Below, piece by piece: positions 31,055 through 40,169 of a DNA stretch of 64,000 bases. The stretch spans positions 128,001 through 192,000 of the forward strand of contig JBGAML010000006.1 of NCBI GenBank assembly GCA_044223005.1. Direction: 5' to 3'. A program made the translations under genes and the position numbers. Source of the DNA: Candidatus Eiseniibacteriota bacterium (GTDB taxonomy: Bacteria; Eisenbacteria; RBG-16-71-46). The notes under the pieces were generated by a model. It made no database searches. It had not been told where the DNA came from and saw only the letters and a program-made list of their open reading frames with translations. How positions within the stretch are numbered: the first letter of the stretch is position 1; each line of letters starts with the position of its first letter.

Positions 31055-32245
31055 GTGGCGAGCGAACGCCGGTACTACGACGACGCCTACACGACGCAGT
31101 TCGAGGGCCGCATCGCCGAAGCGGGCGAATGGCAGGGCCGCCCGGCCGTGGAACTCGAGACGACGTGGTTCTACCCCGAAAGCGGCGGCCAGCTGGCCGA
31201 CCGCGGCACGCTCGCCGGCGCGAACGTGCTCGACGTTCAGGCGGCCGAGGACGGCCGCGTCTGGCACGTGGTCGACGCGCTCCCGGGTGCCACGGCCGCG
31301 GCGCCGTGTGCGCTCGAGTGGGACCGGCGCTTCGACCACATGCAGCAGCACACGGGCCAGCACGTGCTCTCGGCCGCGTTCGAGCGCGTGCTCGGGGCGC
31401 CGACGCTCTCGTCCACGCTGGGCGAGGAGCGCAGCGTGATCGAGATCGGCCGGCCGGCGATCGGCTGGGCCGAGGCGGGCGCCGTCGAGGCGGCCGCGAA
31501 CCGGCTGCTCTGGGAGGATCGCCCGGTGCAGCTCCACTGGACCGATCGCGATGGGCTCGGCCGCTTCGCGCTGCGCAAGCCGCCGCAGGTCGAGGGCCGA
31601 ATCCGCATCGTCGAGATCCCGGACTGGGACGTGTCGGCGTGCGGCGGCACGCACGTGCGGCGCACCGGCGAAGTGGGCGTCCTCAAGATCGTCGGCTGGG
31701 AGAAGGTGCGCGGCAACGTGCGGATCGCCTTCCTCTGCGGCGGCCGCGCGCTCGCCGACCACGCCTGGCGCACCGAAACGCTGCTCGAGTCGGCGAAGCG
31801 CCGCACGCTCAAGGACCGCGACCTGGTCGCGCACCTCGAGCGCGCCGCCGAGGAGCGCGACGAACTCGCGAAGCGCCTGCGCGCGATCGAGCGCGCGGCC
31901 CTCGAGGCCGAGGCCGCGCGGCGCGTCGGCGATCCGCCGGCCGGCGTCGCCGAACTGGCCGACGCGCGCTCCCGCGAGGACGTGCGCGCGTTCGCGCTCG
32001 CGTGCCTCACCGCCGGCGCGCCGTGGGTGGTGAGTGCCGCGCGCGGGCCGGAGCCCGCGCTGGTGGTCGCGCGCGCGAAGGCCGCCCCCGGCGACCTGCG
32101 CACGCTGCTGCCCGCCCTGCTCGAACTCGCCGGCGGTCGCGGCGGCGGCAGCCCCGACCAGGTGCAGCTCTCCGCGGCCTCCGCCGCACAGGCGGAAGCG
32201 GCGTTCGCGCACGCGGCGGCCGCGCTGCCCACGCTCGGCGCCTGA
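31055..32245 (+). CDS. AlaX-family tRNA editing protein with a DHHA1-like C-terminus
   Basis: FYPESGGQ..D.G, HMQQHTGQH, CGGTHV..TGEVG, GRGGG. Confidence 0.9.
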   Translation: MASERRYYDDAYTTQFEGRIAEAGEWQGRPAVELETTWFYPESGGQLADRGTLAGANVLDVQAAEDGRVWHVVDALPGATAAAPCALEWDRRFDHMQQHTGQHVLSAAFERVLGAPTLSSTLGEERSVIEIGRPAIGWAEAGAVEAAANRLLWEDRPVQLHWTDRDGLGRFALRKPPQVEGRIRIVEIPDWDVSACGGTHVRRTGEVGVLKIVGWEKVRGNVRIAFLCGGRALADHAWRTETLLESAKRRTLKDRDLVAHLERAAEERDELAKRLRAIERAALEAEAARRVGDPPAGVAELADARSREDVRAFALACLTAGAPWVVSAARGPEPALVVARAKAAPGDLRTLLPALLELAGGRGGGSPDQVQLSAASAAQAEAAFAHAAAALPTLGA

Positions 32246-32252
32246 ACGCGAA

Positions 32253-32276
32253 GGGCCCGCGGTTTCCCGCGGGCCC
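32253..32276. terminator. Hairpin between convergent genes
   Basis: GGGCCCGCGG-tttc-CCGCGGGCCC. Confidence 0.65.
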
Positions 32277-32300
32277 CGGCGCGACCTCGTCGCTGCGAGG

Positions 32301-33758
32301 CTATTTCTTGTTGCGAGCCGGCGCGGGAACCGCGCGCGCCGCCACCAGCGGCTTCTTGATCGCGGGCTTCGGCTTGGCGATGGGCTTGAGCTTCACCGAG
32401 ATGCCCTTCGGCTTCACCGTCGCCTTGACCGGCGCCGCGGCCGCGGGCTTGGGCCTCGCGGGCGGCGCGGGCGCCGGGCGCGAACCCGGCTTGGGGCTCC
32501 CGGACGACGTGGCGGCGGGACGCGAGGGCGAGCTCGCGCGCGCGGCCGCGTACGGCATGCGCGAAAGCGCGGCGGCCCGCCGGCGCGGACGGTCGTCGTC
32601 GAAGATCACGCTCTGCTGCGTCTGGTCCGGCCGCAGCTTGTAGTCGAAGTCCGGCAGCAGCACGCGCGGGATCGCGCGGCCCACGAAGCGCTCGATCGCC
32701 GCCAGGTGGCGCTGCTCCTCGGGGGCCATGAGCGTGAACGCGTCGCCCGTCGCATCGGGCCGGCCGGCGCGGCCGATCCGGTACACGTAATCCTCGGGCG
32801 TGGGCGGGACGTCGAAGTTGACCACGTGCGCGACGCCGACCAGTTCGAGCCCGCGGGCCGCGAGGTCGGTCGTGACCACGATCTGCAGGCGGCCGCGCTT
32901 CAGGTCCTCCATGGCGCGCTCGCGCTCGGTCTGGCTCTTGCGCTCGTGCAGGGTGGCGACGGCGTACTTGAGCCGCTCCAGCTGGCGCGCGAGCCGGTCG
33001 GCGCCTTCGCGCTGGCGGGTGAACACGATCGTGCTGCGCACTTCGCCCGAGCGCGACAGCAGCCGGTCGAGCAGCGTGATCTTGAGGTGCTTGGGCACCG
33101 GGTAGATCGCGTGCGTGATGCCGGTGCTGGGCTGCGGCGTGGTGAGGTCCACGCGCACGGGCTCGATCAGCGCCTCCTTGGCGAGGCGATTGAGCTCGGC
33201 GGGCATGGTGGCCGAGAAGAGCAGCGTCTGGCGCGTCTCGGGCAGGAGCTTCAAGAGCTTGCGGATGTCGGTGGCCTGGCCCATGTCGACCATGCGGTCG
33301 GCCTCGTCCAGCACCAGGATCTCGACGTCCTCGAACGCGATCGCCTTGCGCTCGAACAGTTCGAGCACGCGGTCCACGGTGGCGATCAGCACGTCGACGC
33401 CGGGTTCGCGCAGCAGCTTCTCCTGCACCGCGATCGGGGCGCCCGCGTGGGAGATGCCCACGCGCAGTTCGGTGAAGCGCGCGAAGTCGCGCGCGTGCGT
33501 CTCGACCTGCGTCGCGTGCTCGCGCGTGGGCGTCAGCACCAGCGCGCGCAGCTTCTGCGGGCCGTCGAGCAGTCGAGCGAAGCCGGGCAGCAGGAAGGCG
33601 CCCGTCTTGCCCGAGCCGCTCGGGGCGTTGCCGATCAGGTCGTTGCCCTGGAGGATCACCGGGATCGCCTTGCTCTGGATCGCGGTGGGTTCGTTCCAGC
33701 CGGCGGCACGCACGGCCTGGACGAGCGGCGCGGGCAGCCCCAGCGTATTGAACATCAT
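32301..33758 (-). CDS. DEAD-box RNA helicase (RhlE-like) with several divergent motifs
   Basis: PTAIQ, GSGKT, PTRE, DEAD, SAT, AARGL, RIGRAGR; basic K/P/A-rich tail. Confidence 0.92.
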   Translation of the reverse strand: MMFNTLGLPAPLVQAVRAAGWNEPTAIQSKAIPVILQGNDLIGNAPSGSGKTGAFLLPGFARLLDGPQKLRALVLTPTREHATQVETHARDFARFTELRVGISHAGAPIAVQEKLLREPGVDVLIATVDRVLELFERKAIAFEDVEILVLDEADRMVDMGQATDIRKLLKLLPETRQTLLFSATMPAELNRLAKEALIEPVRVDLTTPQPSTGITHAIYPVPKHLKITLLDRLLSRSGEVRSTIVFTRQREGADRLARQLERLKYAVATLHERKSQTERERAMEDLKRGRLQIVVTTDLAARGLELVGVAHVVNFDVPPTPEDYVYRIGRAGRPDATGDAFTLMAPEEQRHLAAIERFVGRAIPRVLLPDFDYKLRPDQTQQSVIFDDDRPRRRAAALSRMPYAAARASSPSRPAATSSGSPKPGSRPAPAPPARPKPAAAAPVKATVKPKGISVKLKPIAKPKPAIKKPLVAARAVPAPARNKK

Positions 33759-33936
33759 GGGTTCGGACTCCAGCGTTGCAGGAACGGCGCGCCGAGGGGA
33801 GGCGTGGGCGACCGTCCCGGGTATGGTGTGGTGAACACCGTAAGGTACGGGTGCGCGCCCCGGCGGTTCAATATGAAAAGGTGAGAATCGCACCCCGCCG
33901 CCGTTTCCGGCGTGCTCCGGCGGGAGTTTCGCCCGA

Positions 33937-34812
33937 TTACCGGCGCATTCCGGGCGTTTTGGCGGGGTCGCCGGGATCCCGGCGGTGCTGGCAGGCGGGG
34001 CAGAAGAACGTCGATCGGCCCGCCTGCACGATGCGCTTCACCGGCGCGCCGCACCGCCGGCAGGGCTGGCCGGCGCGGTCGTAGACGAGCAGCTGGTCGC
34101 CGTACTGGCCCGGCTCGTTCCAGATCGTGCGGTAGGTGCTGAACGTGGTGCCCATGCGCGCGATCGAGGCGTCGAGCACGCGCGGGATGTGGTCCGCGAT
34201 GCGCGCCCACTGCGCGTGCGTCAACGCGCCGGCGCGCGCGCGCGGATCGACCGCGGCGAGGTGCAGCACCTCGCTGACGTAGATGTTGCCGAGCCCCGCG
34301 ATGCGGCGCTGGTCGAGCAGGAACGCCTTGGCGCTCGTGCGCGCGCCGCGCGCGAGCGCGCGCAGTCCGTCCGCGGTGGGCGGCGCGACGAGCGGATCCG
34401 GGCCGAGCCGCTCGAGCGACGCGTCGCGCGCGAGCGCCGGCGTGGGCACGACGCGCAGCATGCCGAAGCGCCGCACGTCCTGGTACCAGAGCCGCGCACC
34501 GTCCGTGAGTTCGAGCCGCAGGTGCACGTGCGGCAGCGCTTCGTCCGCGGGCGTGCCCGCGGGCCAGAAGAGCCACCGGCCGCTCATGCCGAGGTGCGAG
34601 AGCAGCGTGAGCTCCGCGTCGAGATCGAGCAGGAGGAACTTGCCCATCCGTCGCGGCTCCGCGAACGCCCGGCCCGTGAGCTTCGCGGGCAGGCTCGCGA
34701 GCGACGCCGTGCGCAGGCGCGACCGTGACACGGTCGCGTGCGCGATGCGCCGCCCGGGCACGTGCGCGGCGAGCATGCGCCGCACGGTCTCGACTTCCGG
34801 TAGCTCCGGCAT
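33937..34812 (-). CDS. mutM: Formamidopyrimidine-DNA glycosylase
   Basis: MPELPEVE N-terminus, HLGMSG, LLDQ..IAGLGNIY, CxxC...CxxC zinc finger. Confidence 0.97.
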   Translation of the reverse strand: MPELPEVETVRRMLAAHVPGRRIAHATVSRSRLRTASLASLPAKLTGRAFAEPRRMGKFLLLDLDAELTLLSHLGMSGRWLFWPAGTPADEALPHVHLRLELTDGARLWYQDVRRFGMLRVVPTPALARDASLERLGPDPLVAPPTADGLRALARGARTSAKAFLLDQRRIAGLGNIYVSEVLHLAAVDPRARAGALTHAQWARIADHIPRVLDASIARMGTTFSTYRTIWNEPGQYGDQLLVYDRAGQPCRRCGAPVKRIVQAGRSTFFCPACQHRRDPGDPAKTPGMRR

Positions 34813-34941
34813 GCGGGGCAGCCTCGACGCAACTCAGCGGGCCGTCAACCGGGGCCGCGGAGGGGAAGAATGCAGTTGGCGCCCACGCGAATGGCGTGTC
34901 ATCCTGCGCCGGACCGCCAACACGGCCACCCCGGGGACGAC

Positions 34942-35877
34942 ATGGACGATCGCGCCCGATTCGAGGAGTTCGCGAAGCTCGCGACCGAGCAGCGGAACCC
35001 GAAGACGATGGACCTCGACACGCTCGACGTGCCGGAACTCCTCGCGCGCATCAATGCCGAGGACCGCACGGTCCCCGACGCGGTCGCGGCCGAGCTGCCG
35101 TACATCGCCACGGCCGTCGACATGGCCGTCGCGTCGTTCCGCGCGGGCGGGCGGCTCGTCTACGTCGGTGCCGGCACCAGCGGCCGCCTGGGCGTGCTCG
35201 ACGCGTCGGAGTGCCCGCCGACGTTCGGCTCGGATCCGGACATGGTCGTGGGCGTGATCGCGGGGGGCTACGCCGCCGTCGTGCGCGCGGTCGAAGGGGC
35301 CGAGGACCGGCAGGACGAAGGCGTCCGCGCGATGGACGAGCTCGAGATCGCGCCCGAGGACACGGTGGTCGGGCTCGCGGCCAGCGGCCGCACGCCGTAC
35401 GTGGTCGCGGCGATCGAGCGGGCGCACGCGCGCGGCGCGCGCACGGTCTACGTCTGCTGCACGCCGCGGGCGGAACTGCGCGTGCCGGCGGACGTCGCGA
35501 TCTGTCCGCAGGTCGGCCCCGAGGTGCTCATGGGTTCGACGCGCATGAAGGCGGGGACGGCGCAGAAGCTGGTGCTCAACATGATCTCGACGGCGGCGTT
35601 CGTGCGCTCGGGCAAGGCGTACGAGAACATGATGGTCGACCTCATGGCGAACAGCCAGAAGCTGGTCGAGCGCGGCCGCCGCACGGTGATGACCGTCACC
35701 GGCGTGCCGTACGAGCAGGCGGCCAAGGCGCTCGACGCGGCGGGCCGCAGCGTCAAGACCGCGATCGTGATGCTGCGGCGGGGCTGCTCGCGCGACGTCG
35801 CCGAGGCCCTGCTGCAGCGCACCGGCGGCTTCGTGCGGCGGGCGATCGAGGCCGCACCGGAGGACGCCGGAGCGTGA
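34942..35877 (+). CDS. murQ: N-acetylmuramic acid 6-phosphate etherase
   Basis: TEQRNP, GAGTSGRLGVLDASECPPTF, GSTRMKAGTAQK.VLNMIST. Confidence 0.97.
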   Translation: MDDRARFEEFAKLATEQRNPKTMDLDTLDVPELLARINAEDRTVPDAVAAELPYIATAVDMAVASFRAGGRLVYVGAGTSGRLGVLDASECPPTFGSDPDMVVGVIAGGYAAVVRAVEGAEDRQDEGVRAMDELEIAPEDTVVGLAASGRTPYVVAAIERAHARGARTVYVCCTPRAELRVPADVAICPQVGPEVLMGSTRMKAGTAQKLVLNMISTAAFVRSGKAYENMMVDLMANSQKLVERGRRTVMTVTGVPYEQAAKALDAAGRSVKTAIVMLRRGCSRDVAEALLQRTGGFVRRAIEAAPEDAGA

Positions 35878-37106
35878 AGCGGAGCGTCCTCGTCCTGGCG
35901 CTGCTCGCCGCGGCGCTCGCGCCCGCGTGCACGCCGCGCGCCCCGAAGCGGCAGGAGGTGGTGTTCTGGCACCACGAGGACGCCGCGGCCGTCGCCGCGG
36001 CCGCGCGCGCGTTCGAGGCCGCGACGCCGGGCGTGGTCGTGACGACCCGCCGGTTCGCGCCCGAGACGTACGCGGACTCGCTCCGCGCCGCGCTCGCCGC
36101 GGGCCGGGTGCCGGATCTCTGCGAACTCGGCGCCGCGGACGCGGAAGCGTTCCTGCGCGCGGGCCAGCTGTCCGACTGGAGCGCGGGCGTCGCCGACCTG
36201 CGCGATTCGCTGCGCGGCTGGCCGCTCGCGATGGTGGGCGACGCGATCTACGGCCTGCCGTGGCTGCTCGAGCCGCAGGTGCTGCTCGCCGATCGCGACC
36301 TGCTCGCGCGCGCGAAGGTCGCCGGCGGCCGTCCGCCGCGCACGTGGAGCGAACTCGCCGCCGCCGCCGCGCGCATCCACCGGCTCGGGCGTGGGATCGA
36401 CGGCTACGCGATCGCGCTCGACGATTCGGGCAGCGTCGTGCCGGCGTTCCTCGTGACGGCGTGGGGACACGGTGGTGGCGTCCTCTCGGCCGGGCTCGAC
36501 TCCTCGCAGATCGAGTCGCCGCAGAATGCGCAGGCGCTCGCGCTGCTCGCGAAACTGCGCGCCTCCGGCCGGCCGCGGACGGCCGGAGAGCTGCGCGACG
36601 GCTTCGCGCGCGGCACGCTGGGACTGGCGATCGCCGGCGCCGGGCTGCGCGCCGCGCTGCCGAAGGAGGCGCGCGCGCGGGTCGTGCTGGCGCCCGTGCC
36701 GGCAGCGGCGACGGGCGAGGGACCGGGCGCGACGCTCGCGACCGGCGAACTGCTCGCCAGCTTCTCGGCGTCACGCCGCAAGGAGGACGCGCTGCGGCTC
36801 GCGCGCTTCCTCGTGCACTTCGACCGCGCGCGGGCCGTGTCGGCGACGACGCCGGCGATGCAGCCCTCGGCGATCATGACCCCGGGCCTCGCGGCGCCGC
36901 GCGGACCGGACGCGATCCTGCTCGCGAACCAACTCGCGACCGCGCGCTACGTGCCGCGCAGCCGCGAATGGCCCGCGATCGCCCGCGCGCTCGACGCGTC
37001 GGTCCGCGACGCGATCGAGGGCCGCGCCAGCGCGGCGGAGGCGATCGGGTTCGCGTCGGCGGCGCTCGACTCGCTGCTGCCGGGCGGGCGGAGGCGGGCA
37101 CCGTGA
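35874..37106 (+). CDS. Extracellular sugar-type solute-binding lipoprotein
   Basis: Lipobox LAPAC; VVFWH, PD, IYGLPW, PP.TW.EL motifs of SBP family 1. Confidence 0.8.
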   Translation: MKRSVLVLALLAAALAPACTPRAPKRQEVVFWHHEDAAAVAAAARAFEAATPGVVVTTRRFAPETYADSLRAALAAGRVPDLCELGAADAEAFLRAGQLSDWSAGVADLRDSLRGWPLAMVGDAIYGLPWLLEPQVLLADRDLLARAKVAGGRPPRTWSELAAAAARIHRLGRGIDGYAIALDDSGSVVPAFLVTAWGHGGGVLSAGLDSSQIESPQNAQALALLAKLRASGRPRTAGELRDGFARGTLGLAIAGAGLRAALPKEARARVVLAPVPAAATGEGPGATLATGELLASFSASRRKEDALRLARFLVHFDRARAVSATTPAMQPSAIMTPGLAAPRGPDAILLANQLATARYVPRSREWPAIARALDASVRDAIEGRASAAEAIGFASAALDSLLPGGRRRAP

Positions 37107-37170
37107 GCGGCGCGAGGGCGCCGCGCACGCGACGGACGGCGGGCCGCGGGAACGGGAGCGGAGGATGGCG

Positions 37171-38400
37171 ATGAACGCACGACGGGATCCGTGGTGGCCG
37201 CTCGGGCGGCCCGGAGCGAACGACGAACGCCTCGTGGTCGGGCTCATGACCGGCACGTCGGCCGACGCCGTGGACGCCGCGCTCGTCCAGTTCCGCGGCG
37301 CGGGACTCGCCGCGTCGCACCGCGTGCTCGCGTACCGCGAGAGCCCGCTCGACGATTCGCTCCGCCACGAGGTGCTCGAGGTGGCCGGAGCCGCGAGCCT
37401 GCCGCTCGAGCGGCTCATGCGGCTCGACGCGGCGCTCGGCGAGCGCTACGCGGAGGTCGTGCTCGACCTGCTGCGCAGCGCCGGCGTCGCGACGCGTGAC
37501 GTCGCGGCGATCGGCAGCCACGGGCAGACCGTGCGCCACGTGCCGCGCGGCGAGGGCGGCGGCCGCGCGCTGACGCTGCAGGTCGGCTCGGCCGCGGTGC
37601 TGGCCGAGCGCACCGGCATCGCGGTCGTCTCGGGTTTCCGCACGCGCGACACCGCGGCGGGCGGCGAGGGCGCGCCCCTGGTGCCCGTCGCCGACTGGTG
37701 GCTGTTCCGCTCCGAGCAGGAGTCGCGTGCGCTCTTGAACCTGGGCGGCATGGCCAACGTGACCTGGCTGCCGCGCGCGGGCGCGCTCGCCGACGTGATC
37801 GCGTTCGACACCGGCCCCGGCAACTCCGTGCTCGACGGTCTCGTGGGCGAGGCGACCGGCGGCCTCGCGCGGCGCGACGAGGGCGGCCAGCTCGCGGCGC
37901 GCGGGCACGTGCACGACGTGCTGCTCTCGGAGCTGCTCGCCGACCCGTTCTTCCGCACGCCACCGCCGCGCTCGACCGGGCGCGAGCGTTTCGGCCACGT
38001 CTACGTCACGCGCCTGCGCGAGATCGGCGAGCAGCTCGGGCTGAACCTCGAGGACACGCTCGCGACCGCCGTCGAGCTGACGGCCCGCACCGTCGCCGAC
38101 GCGCTCAACGAGTTCGTGCGTCCGCGCGGCCCGATCGACGCTGTCTACGTGAGCGGCGGGGGCGTGCGCAACGCGACGCTCATGGTGGCGCTGCGGCGCC
38201 AGCTGGGCGACGTGCGCGTGGAGCGCCTGGACGCCCTCGGCGTGGAGCCCGACGCCAAGGAAGCGCTCGCGTTCGCACTGCTCGCGCACCTGACGCTCTG
38301 TGGCGAGCCGGGCAACGTGCCGGGCGCCACGGGCGCTCGCCACGCCGCCGTGCTCGGGCACGTGACCCCGGGAGAGATTCGTTCGGAGGAGATTCGATGA
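37171..38400 (+). CDS. anmK: Anhydro-N-acetylmuramic acid kinase
   Basis: VGLM.GTS.D.VD, IGSHGQTV.H, GGEGAPLVP, NLGGMAN, FDTGPGN, STGRE, KEALAFA. Confidence 0.96.
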   Translation: MNARRDPWWPLGRPGANDERLVVGLMTGTSADAVDAALVQFRGAGLAASHRVLAYRESPLDDSLRHEVLEVAGAASLPLERLMRLDAALGERYAEVVLDLLRSAGVATRDVAAIGSHGQTVRHVPRGEGGGRALTLQVGSAAVLAERTGIAVVSGFRTRDTAAGGEGAPLVPVADWWLFRSEQESRALLNLGGMANVTWLPRAGALADVIAFDTGPGNSVLDGLVGEATGGLARRDEGGQLAARGHVHDVLLSELLADPFFRTPPPRSTGRERFGHVYVTRLREIGEQLGLNLEDTLATAVELTARTVADALNEFVRPRGPIDAVYVSGGGVRNATLMVALRRQLGDVRVERLDALGVEPDAKEALAFALLAHLTLCGEPGNVPGATGARHAAVLGHVTPGEIRSEEIR

Positions 38401-39776
38401 CGTTCCCCCGCATCCGCCTCGCTCTCGCCGCGCTGCTCCCCGCCGCATTCCTGCTCGCCTCGTGTGCGAGCGCGCCGGTGCCGCTGCCCGCGCCGGAAGC
38501 GCCGCCGGCCTCGACGGCACCGGCCCCGCCGCCGCCGCTCGCCGAGCTGCCGTCTCCGCCCGCGCCCTACCACCTGGACGGCGAGCCGCTCTTCGACATC
38601 GGGCTCGCGGTGGAAGCCGACTCGCTGGTGGTGCAGCCCGTCGCGAGCGCGCCGGTGAGTTGGCGCGACGTGGACGGCAGCACGCGAAACGAGACGGTCG
38701 CCGAACCGCTGCGCGTGCGCGTGTCGGGAGCGCAGATCCTCGTCGAGCCCGTGGGCCAGCCGCGCGCCGTGCCGCTCGCGGTGCTCACGACCGCCGACAC
38801 GCTCTGGATCGGTGAGACGCGGCTGCAGGCCGGCGACGATCCGGCGCTGCAGTGGAACGGCCATCGCTGGCGCGGGCGCTTCAAGGTGTTCGTCGGCCCG
38901 CGCGGCCGGCTGGCGCTGGCGACGCGCCTGCCGCTCGAGCGCTACCTGCTGGGTGTGCTGCCCGGCGAAATCGGCGCGCTGCGCGATTCGCTGCTCGAAG
39001 CAGGCCGCGCGCAGGCGATCGCCGCGCGCAGCTACTCGCTCTTCTACCGCGGCCGGCGCGGCGCGGAGGGCTTCGACCTCTATGCCACCGTCGAAGACCA
39101 GGTCTACGGCCCGGTCGACGCCGAGCGGCCGCTCGCGACCAAGTGCGTGGAGACGACGCGCGGCAGCGTGGCCATGTTCCAGGGCCAGCCGATCCGCGCG
39201 AACTACTGCTCCACCTGCGGCGGCATCACGGCCGACGTGTGGGAAGCGTGGCCGACCGACGAGCGCGCCTACCTGCGCAGCGTCGCCGATCGCGGCAAGG
39301 GCGACGCGGACTACTGTGCGAACTCGCCGCAGTACCGCTGGGTGGAGAGCTGGTCGCCCGCGCAGTTCCTCGCCAACCTCGCGAAGTACGCGCCCGCGCA
39401 GGGCGTGACGCTGCCGGCCGCGGGGCTCGGCGACCTGCAGGACGTGCGCGTCGAATCGCGTTCGCGCTCGGGCCGCGTGTGGTCGCTGCGCGTCGTCACG
39501 TCGACGGGGGAGGTGCGGATCCCTGCGTACTCGCTGCGCCAGGTCCTGCGCCGCACGGGCACCAACGCCTCGATCCTGCGCTCGAACCTGTTCAAGATCG
39601 CGGTGCGGCGCGATTCCGCGGGCCGCGTCTCGCAGGTGATCGCGAGCGGCGCGGGTTCCGGGCACGGCGTCGGGCTCTGCCAGACGGGCGCGCTCGCGAT
39701 GGCGCGCGGCGGCGCGAGCTCGAACGAGATCCTCGAGCACTACTACGCGGGGACGAAGCTCGCGAAGCTCTACTGA
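38397..39776 (+). CDS. SpoIID/LytB-domain lipoprotein (putative lytic transglycosylase)
   Basis: Lipobox LASC; LERYL.GV.P.E, AQAIAARSY, DQVY, GHGVGLCQ.GA..MA, IL.HYY. Confidence 0.92.
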   Translation: MTFPRIRLALAALLPAAFLLASCASAPVPLPAPEAPPASTAPAPPPPLAELPSPPAPYHLDGEPLFDIGLAVEADSLVVQPVASAPVSWRDVDGSTRNETVAEPLRVRVSGAQILVEPVGQPRAVPLAVLTTADTLWIGETRLQAGDDPALQWNGHRWRGRFKVFVGPRGRLALATRLPLERYLLGVLPGEIGALRDSLLEAGRAQAIAARSYSLFYRGRRGAEGFDLYATVEDQVYGPVDAERPLATKCVETTRGSVAMFQGQPIRANYCSTCGGITADVWEAWPTDERAYLRSVADRGKGDADYCANSPQYRWVESWSPAQFLANLAKYAPAQGVTLPAAGLGDLQDVRVESRSRSGRVWSLRVVTSTGEVRIPAYSLRQVLRRTGTNASILRSNLFKIAVRRDSAGRVSQVIASGAGSGHGVGLCQTGALAMARGGASSNEILEHYYAGTKLAKLY

Positions 39777-39827
39777 CGGGCGGCCCGACGCGGCTCCCGC
39801 GGGTCTCCCCGCGGGGGCCGCGCCGCT

Positions 39828-39856
39828 TTGACAGCGGCAGGCGGCCCGGATATCTT
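39828..39856 (+). promoter_or_regulatory. sigma70 promoter of tRNA-Asp
   Basis: TTGACA, 17 nt spacer, TATCTT. Confidence 0.75.
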
Positions 39857-39898
39857 CCGCGGCCTTGGGTTGTGCGGGCCTGCCCGCACGGTCCGGGT

Positions 39899-39975
39899 GG
39901 GGTTGTAGTTCAGTTGGTTAGAACGCCTGCCTGTCACGCAGGAGGTCGCGGGTTCGAGTCCCGTCAACCCCGCCA
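39899..39975 (+). tRNA. tRNA-Asp(GTC)
   Basis: GGGGTTG/CAACCCC acceptor stem, anticodon GTC, GGTTCGAGT T-loop, encoded CCA. Confidence 0.97.
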
Positions 39976-40009
39976 TACTTAGCCTACTTCGCACCAAGCA
40001 CATAGCCGG

Positions 40010-40045
40010 CGCCCCTGCGGGTTACTGACCGTGGGGGCGTTTCCT
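40010..40045 (+). terminator. Intrinsic terminator after tRNA-Asp
   Basis: CGCCCCTGCGG...CCGTGGGGGCG stem (with G-U pairs) followed by TTTCCT. Confidence 0.6.
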
Positions 40046-40169
40046 GTCTTGGGGTGATTGCGGCTGGGGCGAGCACTCGATGCACGCGTTCGCCGACGGC
40101 CGATGGCGATTGCCTCATTCGCCTGTAGGCTGGTGACGAAATGGACCCCTCTCGGCGAAGTTCATCGGC

